Positions 53,353-63,636 of a stretch of 64,000 bases of DNA are shown here, piece after piece (position 1 is the stretch's first letter; every line of letters starts with the position of its first letter). The notes beneath the pieces were generated by a model, which searched no databases, had not been told where the DNA came from, and worked only from the letters and a program-made list of their open reading frames with translations. A program made the position numbers and the translations under genes. The DNA is from Myxococcota bacterium (GTDB lineage: Bacteria; Myxococcota_A; UBA796; CAJQPC01): the NCBI GenBank assembly GCA_036012755.1, contig DASCPX010000070.1, positions 1-64,000 on the forward strand. Direction: 5' to 3'.

Positions 53353-56300
53353 TGCGAGTCGCCTCGATCTGGTCGGGCTGGCCGATGCCCTTCCACTGCT
53401 CCAGGGCCAGCTCCAGGACGACGCGAGCGCGAGATGGGGCGGCTCGCCCGGCCAGGGCCCCGGCCAGCTGCAGGGCCCGCGCCACGTCCCCGTCGACGAT
53501 GCCGGTGCCGAGGAGATCGCGCTGGATGCCCGCCATGTGTTCGTCCCAGGACTGCCAGTCCGCCAGCGCCGCAGAGGTGGGCAACAGCAGCGCGTGCGCG
53601 ATCCCGGCCCAGGCTCTGCGGCCACCCCGCTCGGCGAGCTGCAGGCCGGTCCGCAGCGCCTCGAGGGCACCCTCGTAGTGTGCTCTCTCGAGGCGGACGA
53701 TGCCCAGGTTGAGGCAGGGCTCCAGCGTGTCGGGGTTTCCCAGCTTCCGCAGCAGGTCGAGCGCCTCGAGGTAGCCCTCCTCTGCGGCGACGAGGTTGCC
53801 GCGCCGGCGCTCCCAGTCCGCGTGGCTGTTGAGCGCGGAGGCGCGGCCCAAGAGGCTGCCCACCTGCTCGTACCCGGCCCTGGCCTCCAGGGTGAGTGCG
53901 ACGGCCTCGTCGAGCTCGCCGAGCTCGCCGTGGGCTTGCCCGAGCAGCAGTTTGACCTCTGCCAGGCGGCGGATGTCCGACTCGGCCCTGGCGATGTCGG
54001 CCGCCCGCCGACCCAGGGAGATGGCCTGGCGATAGCGTCCCTTGAGGCTGGCGCTGCGCGCCATCTGGCAGATGCCCAGGGCCTCGAGCTTGCGGTCTCC
54101 GAGGACCCGCGCCAGGGCTACGGCGCGGCGTGTCCTCAACTCGTGGACCTCGAGCGCCCCACGCTTGAAGGCGGCGATGGCGGCCTCGCAGAGCGCGGAG
54201 GCGCCGATCGTTGAGGAGCCGTGGAGCTCGACCAGCTGCTCGGCGAGGGTCTCTCCGTCCACAAGCCGGCCTCGACCGATGAGCACCCGCACCCGGACCA
54301 GGAGCGCCTGGCCGACCTCGTCGTCGGCGGGCTCCAGGTCCAGCTCCTTGCAGCAGCGGGCGTGCAGCCGCAGCAGGCTCATGGCGCCCGGGTAGTCGGT
54401 CCCTTCGTAGCGCTGGGTCGCCCCGAGGCGCAGGGGCTCCAGCGCGTCTCGCAGTCTTCCGGCGGCCACCAGGTGCTTGCCGAGACGGGAGGCGATCCCT
54501 CGCTCTTCGACGCCGTGGAGGCTGGCCAGCATGCGCGCGCAGGCCCCGTGGAGCTCCGACCAGCGTCGCTCGTCTCGCACGGATCGCTCCAGGCTCTCCC
54601 GCAGCATGGGGTGGGACCAGCTCCAGCCTCCGGGCTCCAGGCGCACCAGGCGCCGGGCGACCAGCGCCTCGGCCAGCGCCGCTGGCCAGTCCAAGCCCGC
54701 TTCCTTCAGCGCCAGCCTCCACTCCTGCTCGTCGATGACGCCGCCGAGGAGGGCGGCGAGCTCCAGCGCGATGCGCTCGTCCTCGCTCTGGAGCAGCTCG
54801 GAGACCCGGCCATCCCAGAGGCTGTGGAGGTCGTCCGGGATCTCGGCTCTGGCGCCGGCCTTGAGGCGGAAGCCCCCTCGACCGACCTCGAGGAGCTCCC
54901 GGCGGACCCAGTCCTCCACGAGCTGCACGGCGAACATCGGGTTTCCGTGGGCGCGGCTCCGCACCTCTCTCGCCAGCTTGCGGTCGAGCAGCAGGAGCTC
55001 CTCGATGAGGCGCCGGAATGTCTCCACCGGAAGCGGCTCCAGGCTCAGCGTCCGGCACTTGGGGTCTCTCGAGAGCCCCCCGAGCGCCTCCGCCGTCTCC
55101 GCGTCGAGGCCCTCGTCGCGGGCCGACAGCAGGAGCAGCACCGGGCTGGGTGTCTGGTCCTGGGCGTCGAGCACCCAGCGCGCGAAGTCCAGGGCGTCGC
55201 GACCCCACTGGAGGTCGTCGAGCAAGACGATCGCTGGCCGATCGAGGCGGCCCAGGTGCCGGCTGAGCATCGCGTAGCGCTCCTCTGGGGAGGAGGTGTG
55301 CATCTCCGGCGAGGGGCTCATCCAGTCCGCGAGCGCTCGCCACTCCCAGCTCTCCGCCACCCCTTGGCGCCGCAGGATGCGCTCCAGCCGGTTCTGGGTG
55401 TCCTCGTTGGAGAGACCCTCGCAGCCCGTGTGGCGCGCGAGCATGCGGCCGAGGCCCCGAGACCCGGCTCCAGGAGAGTGGGTCGCCGCCAGGATGCGCG
55501 CCGCGCCCAGCTCCGCCGCGCGCTCGGTGGCCCACTGGGCGAGGCGTGACTTGCCCACGCCGGGCGCTCCCCTGAGCAGCACGGCTCGAGCCCGAGAGGT
55601 GAGCGCCACGTCCCGAAGGGCATCCCAGATCTGGTCCCGTCCCTGCTCCCGTCCCACCAGCGCGACCGTGCGCAGTCCCCACAGGCCGAGTCCGGCGCCG
55701 ACGAGCCTGGGGGAAGGAGGAGGGGCCTCTGGATGACGCCAGGTCGGGGGAAGCGGCGGGGGCCGGGTCGGGGCGAGCTTGACCGGGGGCGGAGCTGCGA
55801 GGGCGTCGTCGTCCGCGATGTCCTCGTCGAAGCCGGCGGCGCCGTAGCCCTCCGCGAGCCAGGCCTGCGTCGGGAGGGAGCGTCCGTGGCCGACGAGGGA
55901 CAGGGGCACGGTGAGGTTCGCCGCGGCGCGCTTGCGCGGGATGGCCAGGGGAGTGGCCGAGCCGGGAGGGTCCGGCAGGCGGGTGAGCGCGAAGGCGGCG
56001 TCGGCGGCGCAAGCGAAGCGGCAGTGCGGGTCCTTCTCGAGGAGCCGGTGGAGCCAGCCGTCGAAGGTGACCGGCAGGCCCTCGCTGTAGGCGAAGGGCT
56101 CCGGCTCGTCGTAGAGGTGGGCTTGCCTCAAGACGGCGTAGTCCGTCTCTGGAAAGGGGCTGACCCCGGCTGCCATCTCCCAGGCCATGCAGCCCAGCGC
56201 GTAGAGGTCGGTCCAGGGCCCGTAGTCGCGCCAGCGCCCGTGGAACTGCTCGGGGGCCATGTAGCGCGGGGTTCCGCTGGCGCCCCGGTAGCGCTTGCCC

Positions 56301-56821
56301 AGGGCGTCGCCGGCGTGGGCGAGGCCGAAGTCCGCGAGCTTCAGCCCCGGTCGGGTGTCATCTGGACCCGAGACGAGCACGTTGCCCGGCTTCAGATCCC
56401 GGTGGACGACGCCGCGGGCGTGGGCGTGGGCCAGCGCGTCCAGCAGATCCAGGAGCGCGCCCTTGAGATCCGCCCACGTCCGGATGAGGTTGCTGGTCGA
56501 CATGCTGCCGCCGCTGGCCAGCTCCATCACGAGGTAGGGGCTGCCCGCCAGCATGCGCCCGCCGCTGAGCCGCTCGGCCTCCAGCGGGACCTCGCCGTGG
56601 TCGAAGACCAGCACGACGCCTGGGTGATCGAGGCCAGCGACGGCGCGCACCTCGTCGCGGAAGGAGGCCAGGTAGGTCGCGCGTCTGGCCAGGGCGTTCG
56701 TGATCACCTTGACCGCGACGGGCACGCCCTGCTCGGGGTGCACACCTCGCCACACCTCCCCCATACCGCCAACTGCCAGGGGTGAGTCGATTCGAAAGGG
56801 TCCCAGCAGGATCGCAGCCAT
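53330..56821 (-). CDS. Ser/Thr kinase - P-loop ATPase (STAND-like) - TPR protein
   Basis: HRDLKPGN, DFG and APE; GAPGVGKS; IVLLDDLQW; GNPMFAVQL; C-terminal TPRs. Confidence 0.92.
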   Translation of the reverse strand: MAAILLGPFRIDSPLAVGGMGEVWRGVHPEQGVPVAVKVITNALARRATYLASFRDEVRAVAGLDHPGVVLVFDHGEVPLEAERLSGGRMLAGSPYLVMELASGGSMSTSNLIRTWADLKGALLDLLDALAHAHARGVVHRDLKPGNVLVSGPDDTRPGLKLADFGLAHAGDALGKRYRGASGTPRYMAPEQFHGRWRDYGPWTDLYALGCMAWEMAAGVSPFPETDYAVLRQAHLYDEPEPFAYSEGLPVTFDGWLHRLLEKDPHCRFACAADAAFALTRLPDPPGSATPLAIPRKRAAANLTVPLSLVGHGRSLPTQAWLAEGYGAAGFDEDIADDDALAAPPPVKLAPTRPPPLPPTWRHPEAPPPSPRLVGAGLGLWGLRTVALVGREQGRDQIWDALRDVALTSRARAVLLRGAPGVGKSRLAQWATERAAELGAARILAATHSPGAGSRGLGRMLARHTGCEGLSNEDTQNRLERILRRQGVAESWEWRALADWMSPSPEMHTSSPEERYAMLSRHLGRLDRPAIVLLDDLQWGRDALDFARWVLDAQDQTPSPVLLLLSARDEGLDAETAEALGGLSRDPKCRTLSLEPLPVETFRRLIEELLLLDRKLAREVRSRAHGNPMFAVQLVEDWVRRELLEVGRGGFRLKAGARAEIPDDLHSLWDGRVSELLQSEDERIALELAALLGGVIDEQEWRLALKEAGLDWPAALAEALVARRLVRLEPGGWSWSHPMLRESLERSVRDERRWSELHGACARMLASLHGVEERGIASRLGKHLVAAGRLRDALEPLRLGATQRYEGTDYPGAMSLLRLHARCCKELDLEPADDEVGQALLVRVRVLIGRGRLVDGETLAEQLVELHGSSTIGASALCEAAIAAFKRGALEVHELRTRRAVALARVLGDRKLEALGICQMARSASLKGRYRQAISLGRRAADIARAESDIRRLAEVKLLLGQAHGELGELDEAVALTLEARAGYEQVGSLLGRASALNSHADWERRRGNLVAAEEGYLEALDLLRKLGNPDTLEPCLNLGIVRLERAHYEGALEALRTGLQLAERGGRRAWAGIAHALLLPTSAALADWQSWDEHMAGIQRDLLGTGIVDGDVARALQLAGALAGRAAPSRARVVLELALEQWKGIGQPDQIEATRIALSRLD

Positions 56822-56944
56822 CGCGCCGGTGCATCGTAATGCTCCGGGGCCTTCTGCCGTAAGACACCCCAGGGTCGGAGCGTTGTCCCATCCCTGGACA
56901 GGTTCTGCACGAACCCTGCTCTACGGACCGAGGTCACACCGTCC

Positions 56945-57586
56945 ATGTTCGGATTCGCGCTCAAGGCCGACGGCTTCTTCTCGAGGACCCGACCGGGCTG
57001 GGTGGGGCTCGGCCAGCTCGCCGTCGCGGCCCTCGGCGTCCACCTCGCCGCCGACCGGCTCGACGATCACGTCCTGCAAGGACTGCTCAGGCTCAACGAG
57101 CACCTCTTCAGCACCATCGCCGTGAAGCTCAGCCTCGGTGGCATCGAGCCGGACGCCTTCGTCAGTCCCGCCGTGTGGCTGGCCTTGCTGATCGAGCTCG
57201 CTGTCGATCTCTACATGTTCTTCGCGATCGCGCTCACCGCCCAGGATCCGGAGCTGGACTGGAAGGGCTACCGGCGCAAGCTCTCGGTCGAGGCGGTCGT
57301 GCTCCCGCTGTTCTGGGCACCAGTCGCCCTCGCCGGGAGCTGGGTCGTCGGCATGGCGGTCGAGGACAAGCTCGCCGCCTGGCACCCCGGCGCGGCCATG
57401 GTGCTGGGCTGGACGATCGCGGGCCTGGTCGGCTGGCGCCTCGCATGGACCGGCTGGAAGCGCATCGTCGGAGGCCTCGACGTGCCCAAGCGCCGCACCA
57501 AGGGCATCGTCTGGGCTCCGGCGCTCCTGCTCTTCGCGGCCCTCGCCGCCTGGCACGGCCTGCCCGTGCACGGGGTGCTGCCATGA
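56945..57586 (+). CDS. Hypothetical membrane protein
   Basis: About 5 hydrophobic helices; ATGA-coupled to the M23 peptidase. Confidence 0.75.
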   Translation: MFGFALKADGFFSRTRPGWVGLGQLAVAALGVHLAADRLDDHVLQGLLRLNEHLFSTIAVKLSLGGIEPDAFVSPAVWLALLIELAVDLYMFFAIALTAQDPELDWKGYRRKLSVEAVVLPLFWAPVALAGSWVVGMAVEDKLAAWHPGAAMVLGWTIAGLVGWRLAWTGWKRIVGGLDVPKRRTKGIVWAPALLLFAALAAWHGLPVHGVLP

Positions 57587-58515
57587 GAGCGAAGAAGCGA
57601 GTGGCGAGAGGAGGCAGCTTCGACCTGCTCCTGGTCGCCATCGTGGTGGTGGCCCTCTTCGTGCGCACCCCGATCGGTGGGGTCGGCGAGTGGGCGATGT
57701 CCAAGGCCACCGGCGAGGCCTACGAGACCAGCCTCATCGCCTCCTTCTCCACCGGGATCTCGGACGAGTTCGCCACGCGCATCGAGGCGATCGTCGAGGC
57801 CCCGGACGCTCATGCCATCGGCGAGGGCCCCTTCCCCGAGCCCTACCGCACCGCCGCCGCCGTCGTGCTCGGCTCGAACTCCCTGAAGGAGCTGGACGCG
57901 CTCCACGTCGGCACCAACCCGGAGGCCACGCTGGAGATCATGGCCATCGGCGAGGAGGCTCGAGATCGGGCGGTCCAGCGGGCCGTCGCCTCGGGTGAGA
58001 CGGATCCAGAGGCCTACAGCAGCCACCGGCGGTACCTGCCGGGGTCCGACCAGCGCGAGGGGGACCGCGTCGTGGCCTCGACGATCGGCGCAGCGCGGAT
58101 GTTGTCGCTGGCGTGGCCGGTCGAGGACAGCTGGCGGGTGAGCAGCGGCTACGGCTACCGGACCCACCCGGTGCTCGGGACGCGCAAGCTGCACAACGGT
58201 GTCGACCTCGCTGTGCCCGAGGGCACGGCCATCGTCGCCGCTCAGGACGCCACCGTCTCGGTCGCGGGAGAGGACGCCGTCAACGGCAAGTACCTGGTGC
58301 TGGACCACGGCTACGGCGTGAAGACGAGCTACTGCCACCTCTCCCAGCTCTACGTCGAGGACGGCGACGAGCTCGACAAGGGGGTGGAGATCGGCCTGTC
58401 GGGGAACACCGGACGCAGCACGGGGCCGCACCTCCACTTCGTCCTGCGTATCGGCAAGGACACTGTCGACCCCGAGCGCTTCCGCCCGGAAGATCAGGGG
58501 CTGGCTCTCCTCTGA
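57583..58515 (+). CDS. M23 family metallopeptidase with an N-terminal membrane anchor
   Basis: HNGVDLA, YCHLS and GRSTGPHLHF. Confidence 0.93.
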   Translation: MRAKKRVARGGSFDLLLVAIVVVALFVRTPIGGVGEWAMSKATGEAYETSLIASFSTGISDEFATRIEAIVEAPDAHAIGEGPFPEPYRTAAAVVLGSNSLKELDALHVGTNPEATLEIMAIGEEARDRAVQRAVASGETDPEAYSSHRRYLPGSDQREGDRVVASTIGAARMLSLAWPVEDSWRVSSGYGYRTHPVLGTRKLHNGVDLAVPEGTAIVAAQDATVSVAGEDAVNGKYLVLDHGYGVKTSYCHLSQLYVEDGDELDKGVEIGLSGNTGRSTGPHLHFVLRIGKDTVDPERFRPEDQGLALL

Positions 58516-59354
58516 GTCGTCCTCGGGCGGATGCGGGCGACCGCAGAGGAGACCCGTTGGTGGAGGATGCGGGCAAGGTCACGGGCGTCGTTCGGGACGC
58601 TGGCGTCCGCGACGAGGTGGCCGTAGCGACCGAGCATCTTGCTGCACGCGCGGCTGATGGCTTCGTCGCTCATCATCGGGTTCACGCCGACGATCCTCCA
58701 GTCGTCCGCGCCGTCGAAGCGGTCGAGGTCCCGCCTCAAGCGACGAGCGAGGAGATCCGTCCGCTTGCGCGGGGGCGGCATCGCATCCGGCACCGTGATG
58801 CGCGGGCTGGCCGGCCGGACTCCGGCGCGGAAGCGGAACAGCCCCAGGGCCAGCAGCACCGAGAGGTCCTCGATGACGGTGTCCCTGTCCACCGGGAACA
58901 TCGCCAGGAGGCTGCTCAGGGGCACGTTCGGGGTCTCTCGCCGCCGCATCATCAGGGCGCGGGTGGTCGGACGGAGGGGCAGGCGCTGAGCCGCGGGCGC
59001 GCCTGGAGCGTCGGTGAGCACGTGGTGGGCCCTGGCCACGATCGCCGACTGGTCCGCCAGGCGTCTGCCGGCTTCGTAGATGTGGGGGCCCAGGCTGTAG
59101 TGTCCCGGCCGCTCGAGTCGGGGGCCCTCGCGGAAGACCATGCCGTCGTTGTAGAGCCCCTCCACCATGCAGATGAGTCCGTCGGTATCGGCGGGCCGCC
59201 CGAGGATGACCAGCGCCTCTGCGTGCGGTCCGTGCAGGATGCCGCTGCGGCGACGGATCCACACGCTCGCCAGGAGGGACAGCGCGGGTCCGTTCGGCTC
59301 GAGCCCATCCGGGTGGATGAGGGCGTCAGAGCTCTTTCGGAAGGGGTGACTCAT
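58494..59354 (-). CDS. HPD-less J-like protein (paralogue 3, lacks TPRs)
   Basis: IHPDG..ALSLLASVWIRRRSG and DDWRIVGVNPMMSDEAISRACSKMLGRY; similar to 31950..33278. Confidence 0.68.
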   Translation of the reverse strand: MSHPFRKSSDALIHPDGLEPNGPALSLLASVWIRRRSGILHGPHAEALVILGRPADTDGLICMVEGLYNDGMVFREGPRLERPGHYSLGPHIYEAGRRLADQSAIVARAHHVLTDAPGAPAAQRLPLRPTTRALMMRRRETPNVPLSSLLAMFPVDRDTVIEDLSVLLALGLFRFRAGVRPASPRITVPDAMPPPRKRTDLLARRLRRDLDRFDGADDWRIVGVNPMMSDEAISRACSKMLGRYGHLVADASVPNDARDLARILHQRVSSAVARIRPRTTQRRASP

Positions 59355-59380
59355 CTTGGAAGAGGGGAGAGTACGGGGAG

Positions 59381-60469
59381 TCAGCGGGTCTGACCAATGA
59401 AAAGAGACACCGAGATGCCCCCGTTCGAGAACCGCGCGATCGCCTCCACATTCCGACCGAGGCGACCCGCGAGGGCGGCGTCCGCACACACTACGGCCAC
59501 CCGCCAGCCCTGAACCTGCTGCCCGAGGGCGTCTCCGGCCCGTCGGTAGAGCGGGGCCAGCTTCACGTTCTCCGCGACCCTCCGGCCATAGGGCGGGTTG
59601 ATCATGACCAGTCCCGGACCTGTCAGTTTCCTGTCGAGGCTGGCCGAGATGTCCTTCTGCAGGATCGGCAAGGCGACGCCAGCGCGCTCTGCGTTGGCAC
59701 GGGCTGCCCGGACGGCGCCGACGTCGCGGTCGGCGGCCAGGACCTCGGTCGGCTCCGGACGGCTCGCGCGGGCCTCGTCCAGCATGCGCTTCCAGGTCCT
59801 GGGCGGGAAGGCAGGCAGGGTCGTCACCGGCGGCGTCTGTCCGATTCCCGGAGCGGCCCCCCAGCGAAGGGCCTCGATCGCGAAGGTGCCGGAGCCGCAG
59901 AAGGGGTCATACAGCGGCACTCCCGGTTGCCAGCCGGCGGCGACGAGGCAGGCGGAGGCGAGGTTCTCGCGAATGGGGGCCCTGGCGGTCGCCCTGCGCC
60001 AGCCGCGCTTGTGCAGCCCCGTGGCTGCGACGATGGACACGACGGCTCGCTTGCCGAGGAGGCGGACCCGGACTCCGACGGCGTGCGTCGGTGGCCGCTT
60101 TGCTCGGCGTGGTCCACGGAGCGCGTCGCGGACGGTGTGGACCACTTTCTTCGCGACCACGTCGGTGCGCCCCAGGCGTCCGCCGTACACCCGCACGTCG
60201 GTGGGCTGTCCCGGGTGGACGAAGTCCTTCCAGGGCAGGCGCGACAGCTCCTTCCTGAAGTGCTCGAGGGAGGGGGCGTGGATCTCTCCGACGCGTATGA
60301 GCACCTCTCCGGCGCAGCGGCTCCACAGGGCCAGGCCCGCTGCGTCCACGAGGTCCCCGTCGAGCTCCACGCCTCCCTCGACGGGCACGACCTGCCGCTC
60401 CGACAGCGCGCGGACCTCTTCGGCCAGGGCCTCCTCGAGCCCCGGGGCGATGCCACAGAAGAGCCTCAT
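59381..60469 (-). CDS. THUMP-domain RNA methyltransferase (RlmL-like)
   Basis: GLHKRGWR, APIRENLA, DPFCGSGT..IEA and NPPYG. Confidence 0.9.
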   Translation of the reverse strand: MRLFCGIAPGLEEALAEEVRALSERQVVPVEGGVELDGDLVDAAGLALWSRCAGEVLIRVGEIHAPSLEHFRKELSRLPWKDFVHPGQPTDVRVYGGRLGRTDVVAKKVVHTVRDALRGPRRAKRPPTHAVGVRVRLLGKRAVVSIVAATGLHKRGWRRATARAPIRENLASACLVAAGWQPGVPLYDPFCGSGTFAIEALRWGAAPGIGQTPPVTTLPAFPPRTWKRMLDEARASRPEPTEVLAADRDVGAVRAARANAERAGVALPILQKDISASLDRKLTGPGLVMINPPYGRRVAENVKLAPLYRRAGDALGQQVQGWRVAVVCADAALAGRLGRNVEAIARFSNGGISVSLFIGQTR

Positions 60470-63400
60470 CGGAGGGACTCTTCGTGTTCCGTGGCGAACA
60501 TGGACAGCGCGTCGGCGAGCTCGTCCTCTCCGCCTTCTCGGGCGAAGAGGGCTGCGAGGTTGCCCGCCTGCACACAGTCGAGGTGGGCGAAGCCGGTTCG
60601 GGCGAGGGCCTCGCGCGCACTCACGAGGGACCCGCGCGCCTCCTCGTAGCGTCCCAGCGCGACCAGGCTGGGCAGCTTCAGGGCCCCGATGCTGGACTCG
60701 AGGTAGGTCCAGGTGGCCCTGGAGAGCCCAGCGCTGGAGGCCTCGAACCACTCCAGCGCCTCTCCGTGGCGCCCCAGCATCGCGCAGGTCTGGCCGAGGT
60801 TGAGCTCGGCGACGTGCTCGTCGGTGCTGCAGGCGGCGTGGAAGCGCTGCCGGGCCTGGCGGTAGCGCATCTCGGCGCGGTCCAGGTCGCCTCGCTGTCG
60901 CGCCACCTCTCCGAGCGAGTTGTAGCTGCCGCCCTCTCCGTGGAGCACGTGCTCCCGAGCGAAGAGACCCAGGGCCTCGCGGGAGGCGTTCTCCGAGGCG
61001 TCCAGGCGCCCGCTCTGGCAGAAGACATCGGCCAGGGCGAGCTGCGAGCCTGCCTCGCAGAGGGTGTCGCCGCAGACCCGCGAGAAGCGCACGGCCCGAG
61101 CCAGGACCTCTCCGGCTTGGGTGAGATCCCCGCGGCGCTGCAGCGCGAGCCCGAGGTTCCACCAGCAGCGCGCGGCCTCCCTCTCGTCGTCGAGCTCCAG
61201 GGCGATGTCGAGGGCCTCGTTCATCAGCGCGATGCCCTCCTCGTGTCGTCCTCGCTTTGCGTAGACGGTGCCGAGCTCGCGGAGGGCGAAGACCTCGTGG
61301 ACCCGCCAGCCGTGTGTCCTGGCCTGCTCGAGCAGCGCGAGGTTGGAGCGCTCCTCGACCTGGGTCGCTCCGCGGACGAGGGCCTGGCGGCTGCGCTCCC
61401 GGGCGAGGTTGCCCCAGCGCGCGTCCTGTGGAGGGATGTCTGCCGCTGTCAGGGCCTCCTCGTAGAGCCGGAGGAGCTCGACCGCTCGCTCCAGATCGCC
61501 CTGGGCGCGGCAGGCTCGGACCGCGATCATCGTGGGGACGAGGGCCTCTTCGGGGCGGCCGGCCTTCACGAGGTGCTCGGCGTAGCGGGCGTCGATGCCT
61601 GCGCCCAGGCGGCCGCCCAGGGCATCGGCGCATGCCCCGTGGTGGCCGGCCAGTCGCTTGCCCCGGCGCGCCGCCAGCACGAGCGACTCGCGCAGCATGC
61701 CGTGGACGAAGGTGAGCGCGCCCTCGTCGGGTGCTGTGAGGTTGGCCTGGATGAGGACCTCGATGAGGTCATCAGAGGGGGACAGTCCGCGGATCTGGCA
61801 GGCGTCCTGCCACTCGTCGAGCTCGGACCCGGCGCCGAGCACCGCGCCGATCTCCAGGGCCTGCATGTCATCTGGTGGTCTACCGCCCAGGATGCGCTCG
61901 AGGGCGCCGCGCCAGATGCCGTAGAGGTCGCTGGGCAGATCCGGCTCGGAGATCGACAGCAGCCAGCCATCGGGACCACGCTCGAGAAGCCCGCGCTGCA
62001 CCCAGTCTCCGACCAGCTCCACGGCGAAGAGGGGGATCCCGCCGGCGCGGGCCTGGAGCTGCTCTGCCAGGGTCGGGTCCAGGCCGAGCAGGCCCTGGAC
62101 CAGCGCCGCGCTCTCCTCCGCGTCGAGTGGGCCGACCTCGACCAGCACCGTCTCCGGCTGGGCGATCAGGTCCTCCAGCAGGGCCTCGGCCCGCTTGGGG
62201 ATCGGGCCGTCGCGCACGGTCAGCACCAACAGACCCGGGATCCGGCGCTGCAGGTACCAGCGCGAGTAGCCCAGGGCGTCCGGCCCCCACTGGACGTCAT
62301 CGAGCCAGGTCACGACGAGCTCCGACAGGGCCCGCTGGACGACCCCGTAGCGCTCGGCAGGCCTCAGCCGGGTGCGGCCGTCCAGCCAGTCGGCGAGGAG
62401 CTGCTCTCCGCCGAGCTGGGCCAGGGCTTGACCTTCGAGCCCTTCCGCGGCCAGCTGCCGGCGGACCAGCCCCGGGAGACCCTGGCGGGGTCCGGGGGTG
62501 GGGCTGTGGAAGGCCCGGCCCGCGCGCAGGCCTCCCAGCTCGTGGGCTCGGGCGCAGAGCCAGGCGGCGAGGCGGGACTTGCCCACACCCGCGGGGCCGC
62601 GCAGGACCACGCAGCGTGTGCGCCCTTCGACGGCCTCGCCGAGGAGCTCCCAGAGTCGGGTGCGGTGTGCCACTCGACCGATGAGGGGGGGTGGCCGGAG
62701 CGCGTAGAGGCCGAGGCCCGCGTAGATCAGCTCCGTGCGCTCCTCTGTCTTGGGTCGAGCCCACTCATCCGGGAGGATCACGGTCGTGTGTGTCTCGCCG
62801 AGGTCCAGGAGCATCGCGGCTGCGTGCGCGGCGCTGGGGGGTCGGCCTCGGCGCTCCTTGGCCATGAGGCAGGCGATCCAGCGATCGACGCCCGTCGCTG
62901 GCTCCACCGGGAGCGGTGGCACGGGCTGCTCGAGGTGGCCGGAGACAGCGGGGCCCAGGCCACGTCCGAAGGGGGGCTCCCCCGCGATGAGGGTGTAGGC
63001 GGCGGCGCCGACGGCGTAGAGATCGGTCTCGACGCCGAAGCTGCGCCACTCGCCGCGGAGCTGCTCCGGGCTCATGTAGGCCGGGGTCCCGGCCGAGGGC
63101 TTCGCGGCGCCGGGCTCGAGCAGGCCTTCTGCGAGGCCGAAGTCCGTGAGCACGAGGTCGTCGCCGTCGAGCATCAGGTTTCCGGGCTTGACGTCCCGGT
63201 GGACGAGGCCGTTGGCGTGGGCGTGACCAAGGGCGTCGAGCAGCTGGAGCAGGAGGCGCTTGAGGTGGGCCCAGGGGAGGGCGCCCCGGTGCTTCGTGAG
63301 GGTGCCGTCGGGGCAGAGCTGCATGGCGAGCCAGGGGGCGCCTGTCTGGAAGCGACCCTTGAAGGCCTTTGCTTCTCGCGGGCTCACCACTCCGAGCTCG

Positions 63401-63612
63401 AAGAGCTGGACCACGTTGGGGTGGTCGAGGCGGGCCACTGCGCGGACCTCGTTCCGGAAGCTCCGGACGAGCTCCGGTGAGGCGGCGTCCTCGTGCGTGA
63501 GGACCTTCACCGCGACCTCCAGCCCGCTGGCGTGCACGCCGCGGTAGACCTCGGCCGCGGCGCCCCTGCCGAGGGGCCCTGTGAGGGTGAAGGGTCCGAG
63601 CGAGAAGGACAT
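60466..63612 (-). CDS. Ser/Thr kinase - P-loop ATPase (STAND-like) - TPR protein, paralogue of 53330..56821
   Basis: HRDVKPGN, DFG and MSPEQ; GPAGVGKSRLA; WLDDVQWG; GIPLFAVEL; TPRs. Confidence 0.92.
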   Translation of the reverse strand: MSFSLGPFTLTGPLGRGAAAEVYRGVHASGLEVAVKVLTHEDAASPELVRSFRNEVRAVARLDHPNVVQLFELGVVSPREAKAFKGRFQTGAPWLAMQLCPDGTLTKHRGALPWAHLKRLLLQLLDALGHAHANGLVHRDVKPGNLMLDGDDLVLTDFGLAEGLLEPGAAKPSAGTPAYMSPEQLRGEWRSFGVETDLYAVGAAAYTLIAGEPPFGRGLGPAVSGHLEQPVPPLPVEPATGVDRWIACLMAKERRGRPPSAAHAAAMLLDLGETHTTVILPDEWARPKTEERTELIYAGLGLYALRPPPLIGRVAHRTRLWELLGEAVEGRTRCVVLRGPAGVGKSRLAAWLCARAHELGGLRAGRAFHSPTPGPRQGLPGLVRRQLAAEGLEGQALAQLGGEQLLADWLDGRTRLRPAERYGVVQRALSELVVTWLDDVQWGPDALGYSRWYLQRRIPGLLVLTVRDGPIPKRAEALLEDLIAQPETVLVEVGPLDAEESAALVQGLLGLDPTLAEQLQARAGGIPLFAVELVGDWVQRGLLERGPDGWLLSISEPDLPSDLYGIWRGALERILGGRPPDDMQALEIGAVLGAGSELDEWQDACQIRGLSPSDDLIEVLIQANLTAPDEGALTFVHGMLRESLVLAARRGKRLAGHHGACADALGGRLGAGIDARYAEHLVKAGRPEEALVPTMIAVRACRAQGDLERAVELLRLYEEALTAADIPPQDARWGNLARERSRQALVRGATQVEERSNLALLEQARTHGWRVHEVFALRELGTVYAKRGRHEEGIALMNEALDIALELDDEREAARCWWNLGLALQRRGDLTQAGEVLARAVRFSRVCGDTLCEAGSQLALADVFCQSGRLDASENASREALGLFAREHVLHGEGGSYNSLGEVARQRGDLDRAEMRYRQARQRFHAACSTDEHVAELNLGQTCAMLGRHGEALEWFEASSAGLSRATWTYLESSIGALKLPSLVALGRYEEARGSLVSAREALARTGFAHLDCVQAGNLAALFAREGGEDELADALSMFATEHEESLR

Positions 63613-63636
63613 TGTTAGGAGCCCTTGGAGGTCGCC

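Noticed and set aside
51040..63480. Very long alternative ORFs (e.g. 51040..53712+, 52968..56012-, 60484..63480+)
   Set aside because: These are shadow frames of well-supported genes in high-GC DNA; they are Arg/Pro/Gly-rich or antisense with no motifs.
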